Below, piece after piece: positions 26,099 through 36,123 of a stretch of DNA of 55,682 nt. The notes beneath the pieces are model-generated. The model saw only the letters and a list, made by a program, of their open reading frames with translations. It was not told where the DNA came from and did not search any database. The stretch spans positions 1-55,682 of IMG/VR virus record IMGVR_UViG_3300036850_000029; one strand, given 5' to 3'. The stretch comes from a virus. Taxonomy: Duplodnaviria > Caudoviricetes. Numbering within the stretch: position 1 is the stretch's first letter; each line of letters begins with the position of its first letter. Made by a program: the position numbers and the translations under genes.

Positions 26099-28278
26099 GG
26101 CGGGGTCAAAGGCGTTAAGTCAAATGTAGCATTACAAGCACAAGGCCCAGGCGGGAACGGAAGCGAACCGTTTTGCACTGTCAACGCGATTGTATGAGTG
26201 CCAACCCCCGCTGGAATCAGATGTGTGACAATGTCGCCACCACCTGAAATTCCAGTGCATACTCCGGGTGGACCTCCCGTACCTTGGGTTTGTGAAAACT
26301 CAGAAATCCCGTCCACAACCACGCTCACAAAACTTGCCGCAGATGGCCCATCTATGGCACTCGTTGTTGCGACAGCCCACGTCACCACTTCAATCGACAG
26401 CGTGTATTCATTGCAACTGCCGATCAATGTTGTAGACGCTTCGCAGTTGCCGGGTGGAATATCTGCCGCTACATCCAGACTCACCGTTCCGCCTGCTCCA
26501 GATGAACTGCCACAATCCCCCGTCATCGTCCACACCAAGTCTTGAACTGGATGGTTCACGCACGATTGACATTGAGCATCTGCCATTGCTTGAGCGTCGG
26601 CTAAAGCCTGAGAGTCCGCGTCCGCCTGAGAGACACACGACGAATAACTTCCCGCAGGCACGGTGAATGGACCGCCCGTCTCGCCAATGGGGCATTCCAC
26701 CGTTTGTTCGGAATTTAGAAAGGTGCATCCATTGCAGATGTACATCGTGCAATCGTCGTAGTCAGCTCTCGGCACGAAGGTCCTTCCATCCAAGGACGCC
26801 GGTTGTCCAAGACCGTCTCCGGCCAGAGAACCAAGCGCAGTTCGTTTGCAGGTTATCGTATTGGATGAAGCCTGAATGAAGACCACATTGTTTGATGCCG
26901 CCGAGTTGTGGATCACCAGCAAATCTTCATCCTCATTGATGTCCAAACTCGCAAGGGCAGAAGATGCTTCCGAGACGCTCGCAGTGATGGTGTTTGTTGC
27001 GGGATTGATTACTTTTAGTCCCGGCGTAGCTGAATCTCCCGCCAATCCCAACACATACACTTTGTCCTTGGACTCGAAATAGTAGGACAGACAATTAGTG
27101 CTGCTAAACGCATCCCCATTCGAGATCACTATCTCGTCCACCTCGGTCCCGGAAGGATTGTACACTTTGACGCGATATTCGTTGTTCGCTCCGTCAACTA
27201 GATCCGTGAACGCATACCACGCATAAATGCGATCGTTTGTAGTTGTGTGGGCACAGCGCAACCCAAACCCATACGAATCAACCCCGGGAGTTCCAAGAGG
27301 CAGAGCAACCAAAATCGTTACCGTGTCCGTAAAAACATCAATCTGAAGAATATTTCCATCAGACACCCCAGCCTCCTCCGCCGGGATGTAAACCTTGTCA
27401 TTAATTGTATCCAAACAGAAATGCCTTCCGCTAAGATCCGCAGCCGTCACGGCACCCGGTAAAGTTAATGGTCCCGTCACTCCAAACGTTGTCGGATCAA
27501 TCACGAATAAACCTCCAACGGCGTTTACGTAAACCTTGTTCTGCAACGGGACAAAGATCAGGTTTCGAGGGTCCGATCCAATTGCAATCTGAGTCAATTC
27601 AGTCTCCGTGGCGAAATCAATCACACTCACTGTACCCCCCGCGTTATTCGCCACAAACACATAATCCTCGAAACCGCTCCCTGAAATCGGAGCCATGGCA
27701 GCCGCAGATGGAAAGTCCCCAACGATCACCCGACCATCAGGACTCAAACAACCTTCACAGGAAGATGCCACACAACCCGCCGCAGCCAATCCTTGCGCTA
27801 TCGTTAATGCTTCAGCATTTGCATCTGCCTGAGAAATCATGGAAGCCACGGCATTAGCTGGCACAATGAATGGCCCTCCCGCAAAGCCTTCGGGACAATT
27901 CACTGATTGCTCTACGTTGTAGAAGATAATTGGCCCTCCAATCGGAGTCTGTGCATTAGCCGAATCTTGAGCGCACTTGAGCGCCGCCGCATTGGCTTCA
28001 GCTTGTGTCGCCCCCGTGAACGGTCCCTCGCACGGCGCAGGGCCAGGTGGAAATGCCGGGGTCGGTGGATTGTTGGTGGCTGGTTTGTTGGCATTCGCTG
28101 GGATTGTTACCGTAACCGGTGTGCAATTGTAATTTGGAGGACATTGCGACGTGTAACTGACTTCCTGATTGAAAAACACTTCCACGTCGCTGCCTGCTGC
28201 CGAGTAATTCTCAAACGAATCTTCTCCGCAACAGATCAACGCTTTGCAGGCCGGTTCTGTGTTGCAAACAAGTGGCAT
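26095..28278 (-). CDS. Cys-rich tail/RBP protein with DUF5977-like repeats and YVTN-type beta-propeller
   Basis: Repeats F.N.EQ...CP...VPA....S..SQADA...A; FVAN..GGTVSVID, VINPATNTI blades. Confidence 0.65.
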   Translation of the reverse strand: MPLVCNTEPACKALICCGEDSFENYSAAGSDVEVFFNQEVSYTSQCPPNYNCTPVTVTIPANANKPATNNPPTPAFPPGPAPCEGPFTGATQAEANAAALKCAQDSANAQTPIGGPIIFYNVEQSVNCPEGFAGGPFIVPANAVASMISQADANAEALTIAQGLAAAGCVASSCEGCLSPDGRVIVGDFPSAAAMAPISGSGFEDYVFVANNAGGTVSVIDFATETELTQIAIGSDPRNLIFVPLQNKVYVNAVGGLFVIDPTTFGVTGPLTLPGAVTAADLSGRHFCLDTINDKVYIPAEEAGVSDGNILQIDVFTDTVTILVALPLGTPGVDSYGFGLRCAHTTTNDRIYAWYAFTDLVDGANNEYRVKVYNPSGTEVDEIVISNGDAFSSTNCLSYYFESKDKVYVLGLAGDSATPGLKVINPATNTITASVSEASSALASLDINEDEDLLVIHNSAASNNVVFIQASSNTITCKRTALGSLAGDGLGQPASLDGRTFVPRADYDDCTMYICNGCTFLNSEQTVECPIGETGGPFTVPAGSYSSCVSQADADSQALADAQAMADAQCQSCVNHPVQDLVWTMTGDCGSSSGAGGTVSLDVAADIPPGNCEASTTLIGSCNEYTLSIEVVTWAVATTSAIDGPSAASFVSVVVDGISEFSQTQGTGGPPGVCTGISGGGDIVTHLIPAGVGTHTIALTVQNGSLPFPPGPCACNATFDLTPLTPP

Positions 28279-28280
28279 GG

Positions 28281-30032
28281 CTACCTTCCATACTGCGCTT
28301 CTTCAAACGGTTCGCAATGGGCAATAAACCCATCAATCCGAGCGTGCCCGGTTATCTCAATCCTGAACTGTGCCTCGAAAAAGTTCCTGAACGGAGTTCC
28401 CGAAATCGGATCACAAACATCTGGCGGCTGTGTCAGGATGAGTCTTGTCCGGTATTGCTCGCGATAATCTTGAAACATGAAACAGCCCTCAAGCGGGTCA
28501 GGATCTTCGCATGCGTTCTTCGGGGCGCATTCATCCCACTCTTGCCAATCCAGCCAGCAAGGGTAATTGTCGGGTCGATATTGAACCTTGATATGAACCG
28601 TGCCAGACAACCGCGAAAGATACAGATCCGCTGTGTCGAGTTTCTTCAGGCTGAATGGATTGTTCCAATCAAATCGAGCCGTTTCAACCGTGCTGACTAT
28701 CCGGTTTACTTCATTGTCAAACCGTCCCTCCATCGTCAACTCCCACAATTCGATCTGATAATCCGAGTTCAGAACAAACGCAAAGCAACGATCTCTGCCG
28801 CCAAAATCGGCTGTCACAAGCTTCAACACATTCAACCCTGTCCATGCTCCGTCCCATGCTGGCGGTAGTTTCTCGCCAATGCTGGAGATAAGATCGTAAT
28901 CGAGAACGGCAAGCGCACGATGCATCACGCCGAAGTTGGTTCGCAACGGGCTGATTGTTCCGATGAACCGATTGTCGAACAAGGTGGCACTACCGAATTC
29001 CAGCAATGCCCGATCATCCCGTTCCATTGCCCGATTCATTTCCTTGCTGATCGGTGTATTTCCCCATGCGAGGAATTCACGCTTGGCCATGAACAACGTT
29101 CGGAATCCGTCCTTGCTTCGATAGAACACGTCGCCGTTCACGTCCACAACACTGTCCTGAGCCGTGCTGCCGAAGTTGTGCATGATGATGCGCTGGAGAG
29201 GTTCAGTCAAAGCAGCCCAATCAGTTCGCAACGGTGGCACACGCACGGAATAAATCGTGTTCCTTGTCATCACCAACAATTCACCCTCGCCAAGAGCCGA
29301 ATCGTTATTGATAGTCTTGTGGACAGACGTGATGTTCCCGGCATTGGATGGCACTGTGAACACGCCGCCACCAGCAAGGAACGTGTTCTCTATGATCTTC
29401 AGAATTGCATCACGCCGATACGGCAGGATGGTTCCGCTTGGACCTCCAACAATATCACCGGCAATGAAGAACCTTCCTTGAGCAATCCAGATCCGGCCCA
29501 TGTAATACTCCATCATCTTCCCTGTCTTCAGTTCATTGGCAGGATTAGCGCGTCGGCTGGTTGTTCCATCGAAGATGATTGGCAACGAAAAGCCGTCTTG
29601 AAGTATCCAATAGTTCTCACCTTGAATTGACCAGTTCGGAATCAGGTTCGGTGGGTTTGGATCACCGGGAATGCTGATATCCTCAACCGAATAATCCGTG
29701 GTGACATTGATCTTGTGCATCACTCCACCAACAACCGCGATCAAAAAGGTGTCGCCGCTGTCTGGATCGTAATAGTCCGCATGTTGAAATCGTCCAGTGA
29801 GCCATGCCGCTTCCAAGTCGGGATCATTCCACACCAGCGTTCGTCGCACCCAGGCAGGCCGAGTCTTGAGTGACCCGCCTCGAAACGTCGTGTTCAGAGC
29901 ATACGATGATTGAGTGCGCTTAAGTCCATTGGGGTTGCGTACGGATTGAATGCCAGGATTCTTGCCGGAATCTATCCCCGCGCTTTGTTCTCGGAATCCG
30001 TCTGAAATACGTTTGAGCGCGCGAACACTCAT
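28281..30032 (-). CDS. Tail nozzle/DNA-stabilisation (P22 gp10-like) protein
   Basis: 583 aa beta-rich, YMGRIW, VNGDVFYRS..G; position. Confidence 0.6.
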   Translation of the reverse strand: MSVRALKRISDGFREQSAGIDSGKNPGIQSVRNPNGLKRTQSSYALNTTFRGGSLKTRPAWVRRTLVWNDPDLEAAWLTGRFQHADYYDPDSGDTFLIAVVGGVMHKINVTTDYSVEDISIPGDPNPPNLIPNWSIQGENYWILQDGFSLPIIFDGTTSRRANPANELKTGKMMEYYMGRIWIAQGRFFIAGDIVGGPSGTILPYRRDAILKIIENTFLAGGGVFTVPSNAGNITSVHKTINNDSALGEGELLVMTRNTIYSVRVPPLRTDWAALTEPLQRIIMHNFGSTAQDSVVDVNGDVFYRSKDGFRTLFMAKREFLAWGNTPISKEMNRAMERDDRALLEFGSATLFDNRFIGTISPLRTNFGVMHRALAVLDYDLISSIGEKLPPAWDGAWTGLNVLKLVTADFGGRDRCFAFVLNSDYQIELWELTMEGRFDNEVNRIVSTVETARFDWNNPFSLKKLDTADLYLSRLSGTVHIKVQYRPDNYPCWLDWQEWDECAPKNACEDPDPLEGCFMFQDYREQYRTRLILTQPPDVCDPISGTPFRNFFEAQFRIEITGHARIDGFIAHCEPFEEAQYGR

Positions 30033-30316
30033 TTAGCCGCCTTCATGGATTTAATTTCGTGAATCAACTGGTTAAGAACGTCCCGCGTGTTTTCTTTCGG
30101 AAACAAAGTGTCTTTCCCTTGAACTTCCCACCACACAAATACGGCTGCAAACACTCCAGTAGCCCAGATCACCTTATTCTCAAGCTTCTTTACCCGATCG
30201 TCCATATCGGAGAAGCCCTTCCCCATAGCGGCCTCAATCTTGCCCATCCTGTCATCGCCCTGCTTTAAGACAGCAATGATGGATTCATTTACCACTTCCT
30301 GACGATTCTTCTTCAT
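30029..30316 (-). CDS. Single-TM coiled-coil protein (holin-like)
   Basis: RVKKLENK followed by TM VIWATGVFAAVFVWW. Confidence 0.5.
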   Translation of the reverse strand: MKKNRQEVVNESIIAVLKQGDDRMGKIEAAMGKGFSDMDDRVKKLENKVIWATGVFAAVFVWWEVQGKDTLFPKENTRDVLNQLIHEIKSMKAAK

Positions 30317-30740
30317 TCAGTTTTTGCAGTTCAAACAAAGCCCGTTTGGCTCTCAATCGGTTGGTGGCGTGATGCCGCTGCCAAGCGTGCTTTAGAATAC
30401 GAGTGAAGCATCGGTCTTTAAGATGCGATTTCAAGACGTAATCTTCCGCCCCAGCGTTGAAGCATCTGGCTTCCAGAACGTCGTCGTCTTCCTTTGTTAG
30501 AACCACAATGGCGCTATCCAAACTCATCGAGAATATGGATCGAATGGTTTCGTCTGGAGAAACTTCAAGGTGCAGATCCAGAAGCGTGATGTCTGGACGC
30601 ATCGTATGCACCATCGGCTGCCCTGCCATCAGGCTGTTGTAAGACGTAACCTTGAACAGCAACCCCACGTAATCGTCCGAGAACCGCTCATTGACGAGCG
30701 TTTTTACGATTGGATCATCATCTATCAGAATGACCGACAA
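30285..30740 (-). CDS. Stand-alone response regulator receiver (CheY-like)
   Basis: ILIDDD, PDITLLDLHL, IVVLT, GAEDYVLK. Confidence 0.88.
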   Translation of the reverse strand: MSVILIDDDPIVKTLVNERFSDDYVGLLFKVTSYNSLMAGQPMVHTMRPDITLLDLHLEVSPDETIRSIFSMSLDSAIVVLTKEDDDVLEARCFNAGAEDYVLKSHLKDRCFTRILKHAWQRHHATNRLRAKRALFELQKLNEEESSGSGK

Positions 30741-30755
30741 TGTGCGTCTCAGACA

Positions 30756-31160
30756 TCATTCCTCGATTATAGGTTCGAGAGCAGCCAGCACCCCGGCAGG
30801 AATGGCGTTCGTCGGACACGAATCAACTCGTTGACCGTCTGGCGTAGTCACCTTATCCGTTCCATCACCAACACGCAACTCTGCCAGCTTCAGCTTGTGC
30901 GGCTCAAACTCAGTCGTGCCGTCGAGCAACGCACCCCATTCCTCCAGATACGCCCTGCCCTCGTCTGAGTCCTGAGCCAGTTGTTTGCTGCCATTGGCGT
31001 GCTTGGCGATCAACTTCTGTTGCGCCGTCTTCAGATCACCGGCTGCCGTACGCACCTTGCGCAGATTCTTGGCGAGTTTCCACGTTGTCACGCCATCAAA
31101 TTTGAACGTGTCCAGAGAGTTCAAGGCTTTGTCCAGTGCGAGCAGGTCCAGGTTTGTCAT
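30756..31160 (-). CDS. Hypothetical helical protein (tail-associated chaperone-like)
   Basis: WKLAKN...LIAKHA...ALEPII pattern typical of phage tail regions. Confidence 0.55.
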   Translation of the reverse strand: MTNLDLLALDKALNSLDTFKFDGVTTWKLAKNLRKVRTAAGDLKTAQQKLIAKHANGSKQLAQDSDEGRAYLEEWGALLDGTTEFEPHKLKLAELRVGDGTDKVTTPDGQRVDSCPTNAIPAGVLAALEPIIEE

Positions 31161-31255
31161 AGGTTATGGGTTTGTGTTCTCGAATCGTTCAGACAATAGG
31201 CATGGTAGGGCAGAAGGTCAATCCTCCCACACGTTGTAGTATTATCCCCTGCATG

Positions 31256-31444
31256 TTAAGCCGTCGCAGGGATCTCCCAGTCCAGATACGTTCGTGTCAA
31301 CGTAGTTTTCATGGTGTCCCGGTCCTCCGTGAAGGTGTAGCCTTCAAGGTTTCCATTCGGAAAACGAGTTTCAAGAAACGCTTTGACTTGATTGCAATCA
31401 TCCGTGTTCTGGCATTCGATGATGTATGTTTCCGTGACCTTCAT
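31256..31444 (-). CDS. Hypothetical protein
   Basis: GGAAGGA RBS. Confidence 0.5.
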   Translation of the reverse strand: MKVTETYIIECQNTDDCNQVKAFLETRFPNGNLEGYTFTEDRDTMKTTLTRTYLDWEIPATA

Positions 31445-31456
31445 AATGTTCCTTCC

Positions 31457-32092
31457 TCAATCTCCCACGGCGAAATATCGCCAGTTAAGGGCCAAGTTGG
31501 TTCCGGCAGAATATTCGACGATTGTCGCATTAGTTTCCGTCACTGAAAAGGAATGCTTATGATGGTACTCAAACGACCTATCATGGGTATGACCTCCTCC
31601 GGCTGGCGTTGTTCCTGAAAACGGATCTAAGTCCACACTATGCACATGAGTGTAAATGTTAGAGCCAAGCGCGACTGCATCCACTCCACCTCCTCCTGAT
31701 ACGGGCGCGGACGACGTAGCCGATGGATGATCGTGATCAATGTTATGGAAATGACCGGACGGGGGAGTTTCTCCGGTGGCGAACTTAGAGGCTCTCACAG
31801 TCACACCGGACGGCTGTCCCGATACGTTTCCGATGGTGGCTTTGTCGAATCGATCTCTCATCACTTTAACGACAGCCTTTCCTGGGGCGAATGCTCCTGT
31901 CGTATCCTGGTTAAGAATGACCTCAATATCGTCGGCTGTCGTACCCGCTTCATCATAAATGGACAGGAATCTCAGGAAGCTGAAGGACGCGGATAGGTCC
32001 ACAAGGAACCCACCCGTGACATAGGAAGCAGGCCCCGTGACGCTTCCAGTCGCGATGATCGGAATTGTAACTGTATCGAGTATGGCTGCCAT
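31457..32092 (-). CDS. HxH metal-needle fibre protein, paralog 3
   Basis: TGPASY.TGG N-terminus, five HxH. Confidence 0.7.
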   Translation of the reverse strand: MAAILDTVTIPIIATGSVTGPASYVTGGFLVDLSASFSFLRFLSIYDEAGTTADDIEVILNQDTTGAFAPGKAVVKVMRDRFDKATIGNVSGQPSGVTVRASKFATGETPPSGHFHNIDHDHPSATSSAPVSGGGGVDAVALGSNIYTHVHSVDLDPFSGTTPAGGGHTHDRSFEYHHKHSFSVTETNATIVEYSAGTNLALNWRYFAVGD

Positions 32093-32093
32093 G

Positions 32094-32696
32094 CTATTCG
32101 GTGGCGCGGTAAAAGAAGGTCGCTCCAGAAAGGTTTATTGCTACGGTTTGCGCCGTGGTCCTGTCAGTCTCCGTGTTCGTCGCCGAATGTTGATGCTGGT
32201 AAATGTTGTCAAACGTATGCGTATGAGCTGAACCTGGTCCGGTATTTCCAACGAAGTTGGGAGGATCAAAGGAATGCGTATGTGATTCGATATTCGGTGA
32301 TCCGACAGCATCCAGAGTGGTTCCTCCTCCAGTGAGATTGTTTGCGCCAGAAGTCACGGCTGCATGATTGTGATCCATGTTGTGAGTGTGAGCCGATTCG
32401 TTGTCATATGTTTGTCCGGCTGTAAACTGTTCGGTCACTCCGGCTGGGAGTCCGGCCATTCCTTCGATGCTTAGGAGTGCCTCGTAATATCGTTGGTCCA
32501 TGTTTATGCTTACTTGGCCAGCAGCTGGCGAGTTCCTTGTCCACCGAAACACAGCGGTTGAAAGATTGGCTCCTCGAACGCTCACGAACAACTGGAAATG
32601 GTTTACGGTGGTCAGCCCCGTGGTGATAATAATTGGGGTGGTCTGGTCCAGATAGGCAGGTCCTGTGAACGAATTGGTTTCAATGCGAACACTCAT
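32094..32696 (-). CDS. HxH metal-needle fibre protein, paralog 2
   Basis: FTGPA N-terminus, five HxH. Confidence 0.7.
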   Translation of the reverse strand: MSVRIETNSFTGPAYLDQTTPIIITTGLTTVNHFQLFVSVRGANLSTAVFRWTRNSPAAGQVSINMDQRYYEALLSIEGMAGLPAGVTEQFTAGQTYDNESAHTHNMDHNHAAVTSGANNLTGGGTTLDAVGSPNIESHTHSFDPPNFVGNTGPGSAHTHTFDNIYQHQHSATNTETDRTTAQTVAINLSGATFFYRATE

Positions 32697-33358
32697 AACT
32701 TCACTCCGGTGGCGCACAGATACCATGTGGTTGCGCTGAGATTGGTAGTGCTTCCGAGTTCTACTAGCGCGAATTTCAGAAAATCATGAATGACATCATG
32801 AGAATGTTGATAAATGGAGTTGTCCCGGTGATAATGGTTTTGGTCAGGAACGCTGGATGTCCCGGTTAAATTGGGAATGTCCAATGTGTGCGTGTGGGAT
32901 GATAGATTAGGACCTGCGGCGTCCAGAAGGACTGATCCCCCTCCATTGTTGTTCACTCCAGAACTGAATGAACCATGATTATGGTCAATCGAGTGGGTGT
33001 GTGACCCCTCTGGACCTGACTCAGCCCCGAGCGCGTCCAGCGTGAGAACCAAGATTGGAACATCGGTTGGGTTTCCTACGGAGACACGATTGTAACGCTT
33101 TCGCACAATTTTCACCTTGGCCTTTCCAGAAGAAGGAGCGTTCAGTGTGATTTCATAAAGCACAGCGGGAAGGTTCGGACCGCGCGACCCTTTCTTGACA
33201 ACAAGCTCCAAGGAATTAAGCGAAGAAAAGGTTTTGCTGAGATCGACGGTGAACCCTCCAGTCGTATAGGACGCCGGACCTGTAAATTCATCAGCGATTG
33301 TGTGCTGATTGAATGTTGCAGCAACTCCACCGCCTCCAAATGGTCCGTAATAAGCCAT
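32693..33358 (-). CDS. HxH metal-needle fibre protein, paralog 1
   Basis: FTGPASYTTGG N-terminus, five HxH. Confidence 0.7.
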   Translation of the reverse strand: MAYYGPFGGGGVAATFNQHTIADEFTGPASYTTGGFTVDLSKTFSSLNSLELVVKKGSRGPNLPAVLYEITLNAPSSGKAKVKIVRKRYNRVSVGNPTDVPILVLTLDALGAESGPEGSHTHSIDHNHGSFSSGVNNNGGGSVLLDAAGPNLSSHTHTLDIPNLTGTSSVPDQNHYHRDNSIYQHSHDVIHDFLKFALVELGSTTNLSATTWYLCATGVKL

Positions 33359-33359
33359 G

Positions 33360-35168
33360 CTATGCGTAGTCGATGTTCACAACCAAAGCTGTTGCTGGGG
33401 CTGTCCCGCCTCCCGGCGTCGTCGTGGCTGCAATTGATATGGCCGTTGAAAACTGAATCCCCACGCCAAATGATGTGTCAACTCCCACTTGCGATGTTGC
33501 ATTGGATTGCAACGCCACGCTGCGTGTTGGAACAGTGGTTCCCACGACAACGCTTCCTGAAGCCAAGTCGTAGAAATGCAGGTAAGCCAAAGCCACTCCG
33601 GGGTTGAAGATATTGTAACTCCACACTTTCCCAGCAGCAGCTTTCACAGCAACCGCTGTATTTGTCACGGCTGCATTCCGAAACGGTGTTGCGCCGCCTG
33701 TGGTTCCAACCACAGGAGCCACAGTGGAACCTGAAACATCCACTTTATCCGTTGCAAATACCAAGTTTCGGATGTCCAGATCCGTCGCTGAAACAACCCA
33801 CGGCGATGTTGATTGCGTCACTGCAACAGTGCCGGTGATTGTAGTGGACGTGAGAGATACCACCCAAGGGCTTGTTCCCTGAGTAACGGTGGTTGTTTCC
33901 AGAGCCGTCAATGTGGCCGAATCCAAGGCCACAACAGAACCGCCCACGTCCACCTTATCAGTAGCAAAAACGAGATTTCGTATGTCCAGATCAGTTGCCG
34001 ATACGACCCATGGACTGGTTGATTGAGTCACTGAGACTGTCCCGGTTATCGTAGTTGATGTCAGCGAAACAACCCACGGACTGGTCCCCTGATTTGCCGT
34101 CACCGTTCCGATAACTGGCTGAGTTGCAGGGAAATTGCTTACCGACACAGATGAACCAGAAGCATCAACTTTGTCTGTGGCGAATACCAAGTTCCTGATA
34201 TCCAGATCCGTAGCGGATACCACCCACGGGGAAGTTCCTTGAAGAACGGTAATCGTTTCAAGAGCCGTCAACGTGGCAGCATCCAGAGCCACTACACTTC
34301 CGCTGGCATCGACTTTATCCGTGGCAAACGCGAGATTTCTGATGTCCAAATCCGTCGCCTGAACTGTCAGCGTGATCGACGAAACGATATTCACGTCTTG
34401 GGTGCCAGAGGGAATAGTTGTCACCGTCCCCGATACTGTCCAAGGCGACGTTCCTTGCAGAACAGTGATCGTCTCTAATGCCGCCAATGTTGCAACGTCG
34501 AGTGCCACTATGCTCCCGCTCGTATCCACCTTGTCTGTTGCAAAGGATAGGTTACGAATGTCGAAATCGGTTGCGGCAACAGTGAGTGTGATCGAACTGA
34601 CAATGTTTACATCCTGAGTACCTGACGGTGTAAACGTTCCTGAGACAACCCAAGGTGAAGTGCCCTGTAGGACCGTGATGGTTTCGAGGGCGGTAAGTGT
34701 GGCTGCGTCCAAAGCCACGACTGAGCCCGACACATCGACCTGATCTGTCGCAAAGTCCAAGTCCCAAGTCCTGCCCACGCTCCAGACGCCGCTTTGCGTC
34801 ACTGCAACTGTAGCAGGAAAGTTGCTGACACTGACAACCCATGGGGAAGTTCCTTGGTTAACCGTCACTGTCCCATCAACCGTCCATGGGTTTGTGCCTT
34901 GTAGAACCGTAATTGTTTCAAGGGCAGCGAGGGTAGCGGCATCGAGGGCAATCACTGATCCGCTGGCGTCAACTTGGTCAGTGGCAAAATCAAGTGTCCA
35001 TGTCCTCCCAAGATCACCTGATACAACGAGAGGAACTGAACTGACAATGTTAACGTCTGTGAGTCCGACTGGAGGAATGCCGCTGGAAATACCTTCGGCA
35101 ATGAGCGCGAGAAGCTGCCTGTCACTCAGGCATGTGTAGCAACCGGCTGGTTGAGGAGTGTCAGCCAC
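33360..35168 (-). CDS. Repetitive Thr/Ser/Val-rich fibre protein
   Basis: DIRNL.FATDKVD x5, LET.TV.QGT.PW x5; N-terminal GCYTCL. Confidence 0.7.
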   Translation of the reverse strand: MADTPQPAGCYTCLSDRQLLALIAEGISSGIPPVGLTDVNIVSSVPLVVSGDLGRTWTLDFATDQVDASGSVIALDAATLAALETITVLQGTNPWTVDGTVTVNQGTSPWVVSVSNFPATVAVTQSGVWSVGRTWDLDFATDQVDVSGSVVALDAATLTALETITVLQGTSPWVVSGTFTPSGTQDVNIVSSITLTVAATDFDIRNLSFATDKVDTSGSIVALDVATLAALETITVLQGTSPWTVSGTVTTIPSGTQDVNIVSSITLTVQATDLDIRNLAFATDKVDASGSVVALDAATLTALETITVLQGTSPWVVSATDLDIRNLVFATDKVDASGSSVSVSNFPATQPVIGTVTANQGTSPWVVSLTSTTITGTVSVTQSTSPWVVSATDLDIRNLVFATDKVDVGGSVVALDSATLTALETTTVTQGTSPWVVSLTSTTITGTVAVTQSTSPWVVSATDLDIRNLVFATDKVDVSGSTVAPVVGTTGGATPFRNAAVTNTAVAVKAAAGKVWSYNIFNPGVALAYLHFYDLASGSVVVGTTVPTRSVALQSNATSQVGVDTSFGVGIQFSTAISIAATTTPGGGTAPATALVVNIDYA

Positions 35169-35182
35169 ATTAAATCACAACG

Positions 35183-35377
35183 TTAAAACTGTTTCATTCT
35201 CAGCGTCATCTGTCGCCTTGTTTTGCAGTCTTCGATCGTGACTCTATGAATCAGCCCGTAATCCCTGAATGTGTAGATAAAACGGGACCGATCATCAATC
35301 TGCATCTCGCTTCCGGTAATTGAACGTTGCCACGATCTGAGTTTCTTTTCATTTTCTCCATTAATCGCAAAGTCCAT
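35183..35377 (-). CDS. Hypothetical protein
   Basis: Packed ORF. Confidence 0.45.
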   Translation of the reverse strand: MDFAINGENEKKLRSWQRSITGSEMQIDDRSRFIYTFRDYGLIHRVTIEDCKTRRQMTLRMKQF

Positions 35378-36123
35378 TATATGACAGCGTTAGCGTTCAG
35401 TTTCACCCATGCACCAGCCGCATTGAAAACACCACGAAACGCCACATCCGTTCCACCTATAACCGATGTGTAGGTGAACAAGAGCGTTCCTCCAGCCACG
35501 TCGTTATGTACTTCCACGGTTGGGTTGGTTGAGGCAGGCATGAGAAACAGTATGTTGATGATGTCGCCCTCGTCTGCGTCTGTCAGCTTGAGCGAATATG
35601 TCGCCGTGTAAGGTCCAGCCCCGGCATCAACCGTGGCAATCAGAGAATGTTCAGTTGCCGTGGCACCAATCGTCACGTCCACATTACCAGCCGCACCAAT
35701 CGTTGATTCAGCGTAGGTGTTCGCTCCACCGGCTGCCCCTGTCGTTCCTGTATCACCCTTGAGTCCAGCCGCAGATACTTCCGCTCCCGAAGGAATCACC
35801 ACAGCCGGTGCCGCATTGCCTGTGTAACCAAGGTTCTTCAGCACAACCTCTGTATCCAATGGCTTGCTGATGACCTCGTAATAACCGCCTGTCTCAATGA
35901 AGACAATCTGACCGGGAGAAATCCAAACGGAACTATCAACTTCAGCCGTTACATTGGCATTCGCCGCAGGCTGAGTGAATGACGCTGAGAGATGAGTGAA
36001 AGCGTTTTCACCATCTGCACCGTCTGCACCGTCAATGCCATTCGGTCCCGGCACCTGAACCGTCGGTGTGTCTTCGCACGTCGTCGAGCAACAGACTTCG
36101 TTTGATGTTGAGGCTTCAGCCAT
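35377..36123 (-). CDS. Structural protein with short collagen-like segments
   Basis: GPNGIDGADGADGEN; GLKGDTGTTGAAG. Confidence 0.6.
   Translation of the reverse strand: MAEASTSNEVCCSTTCEDTPTVQVPGPNGIDGADGADGENAFTHLSASFTQPAANANVTAEVDSSVWISPGQIVFIETGGYYEVISKPLDTEVVLKNLGYTGNAAPAVVIPSGAEVSAAGLKGDTGTTGAAGGANTYAESTIGAAGNVDVTIGATATEHSLIATVDAGAGPYTATYSLKLTDADEGDIINILFLMPASTNPTVEVHNDVAGGTLLFTYTSVIGGTDVAFRGVFNAAGAWVKLNANAVI

Noticed and set aside
33700-35000. Repeats as CRISPR array or DGR template/variable repeats
   Set aside because: In-frame coding repeats with synonymous variation; no cas or reverse transcriptase gene
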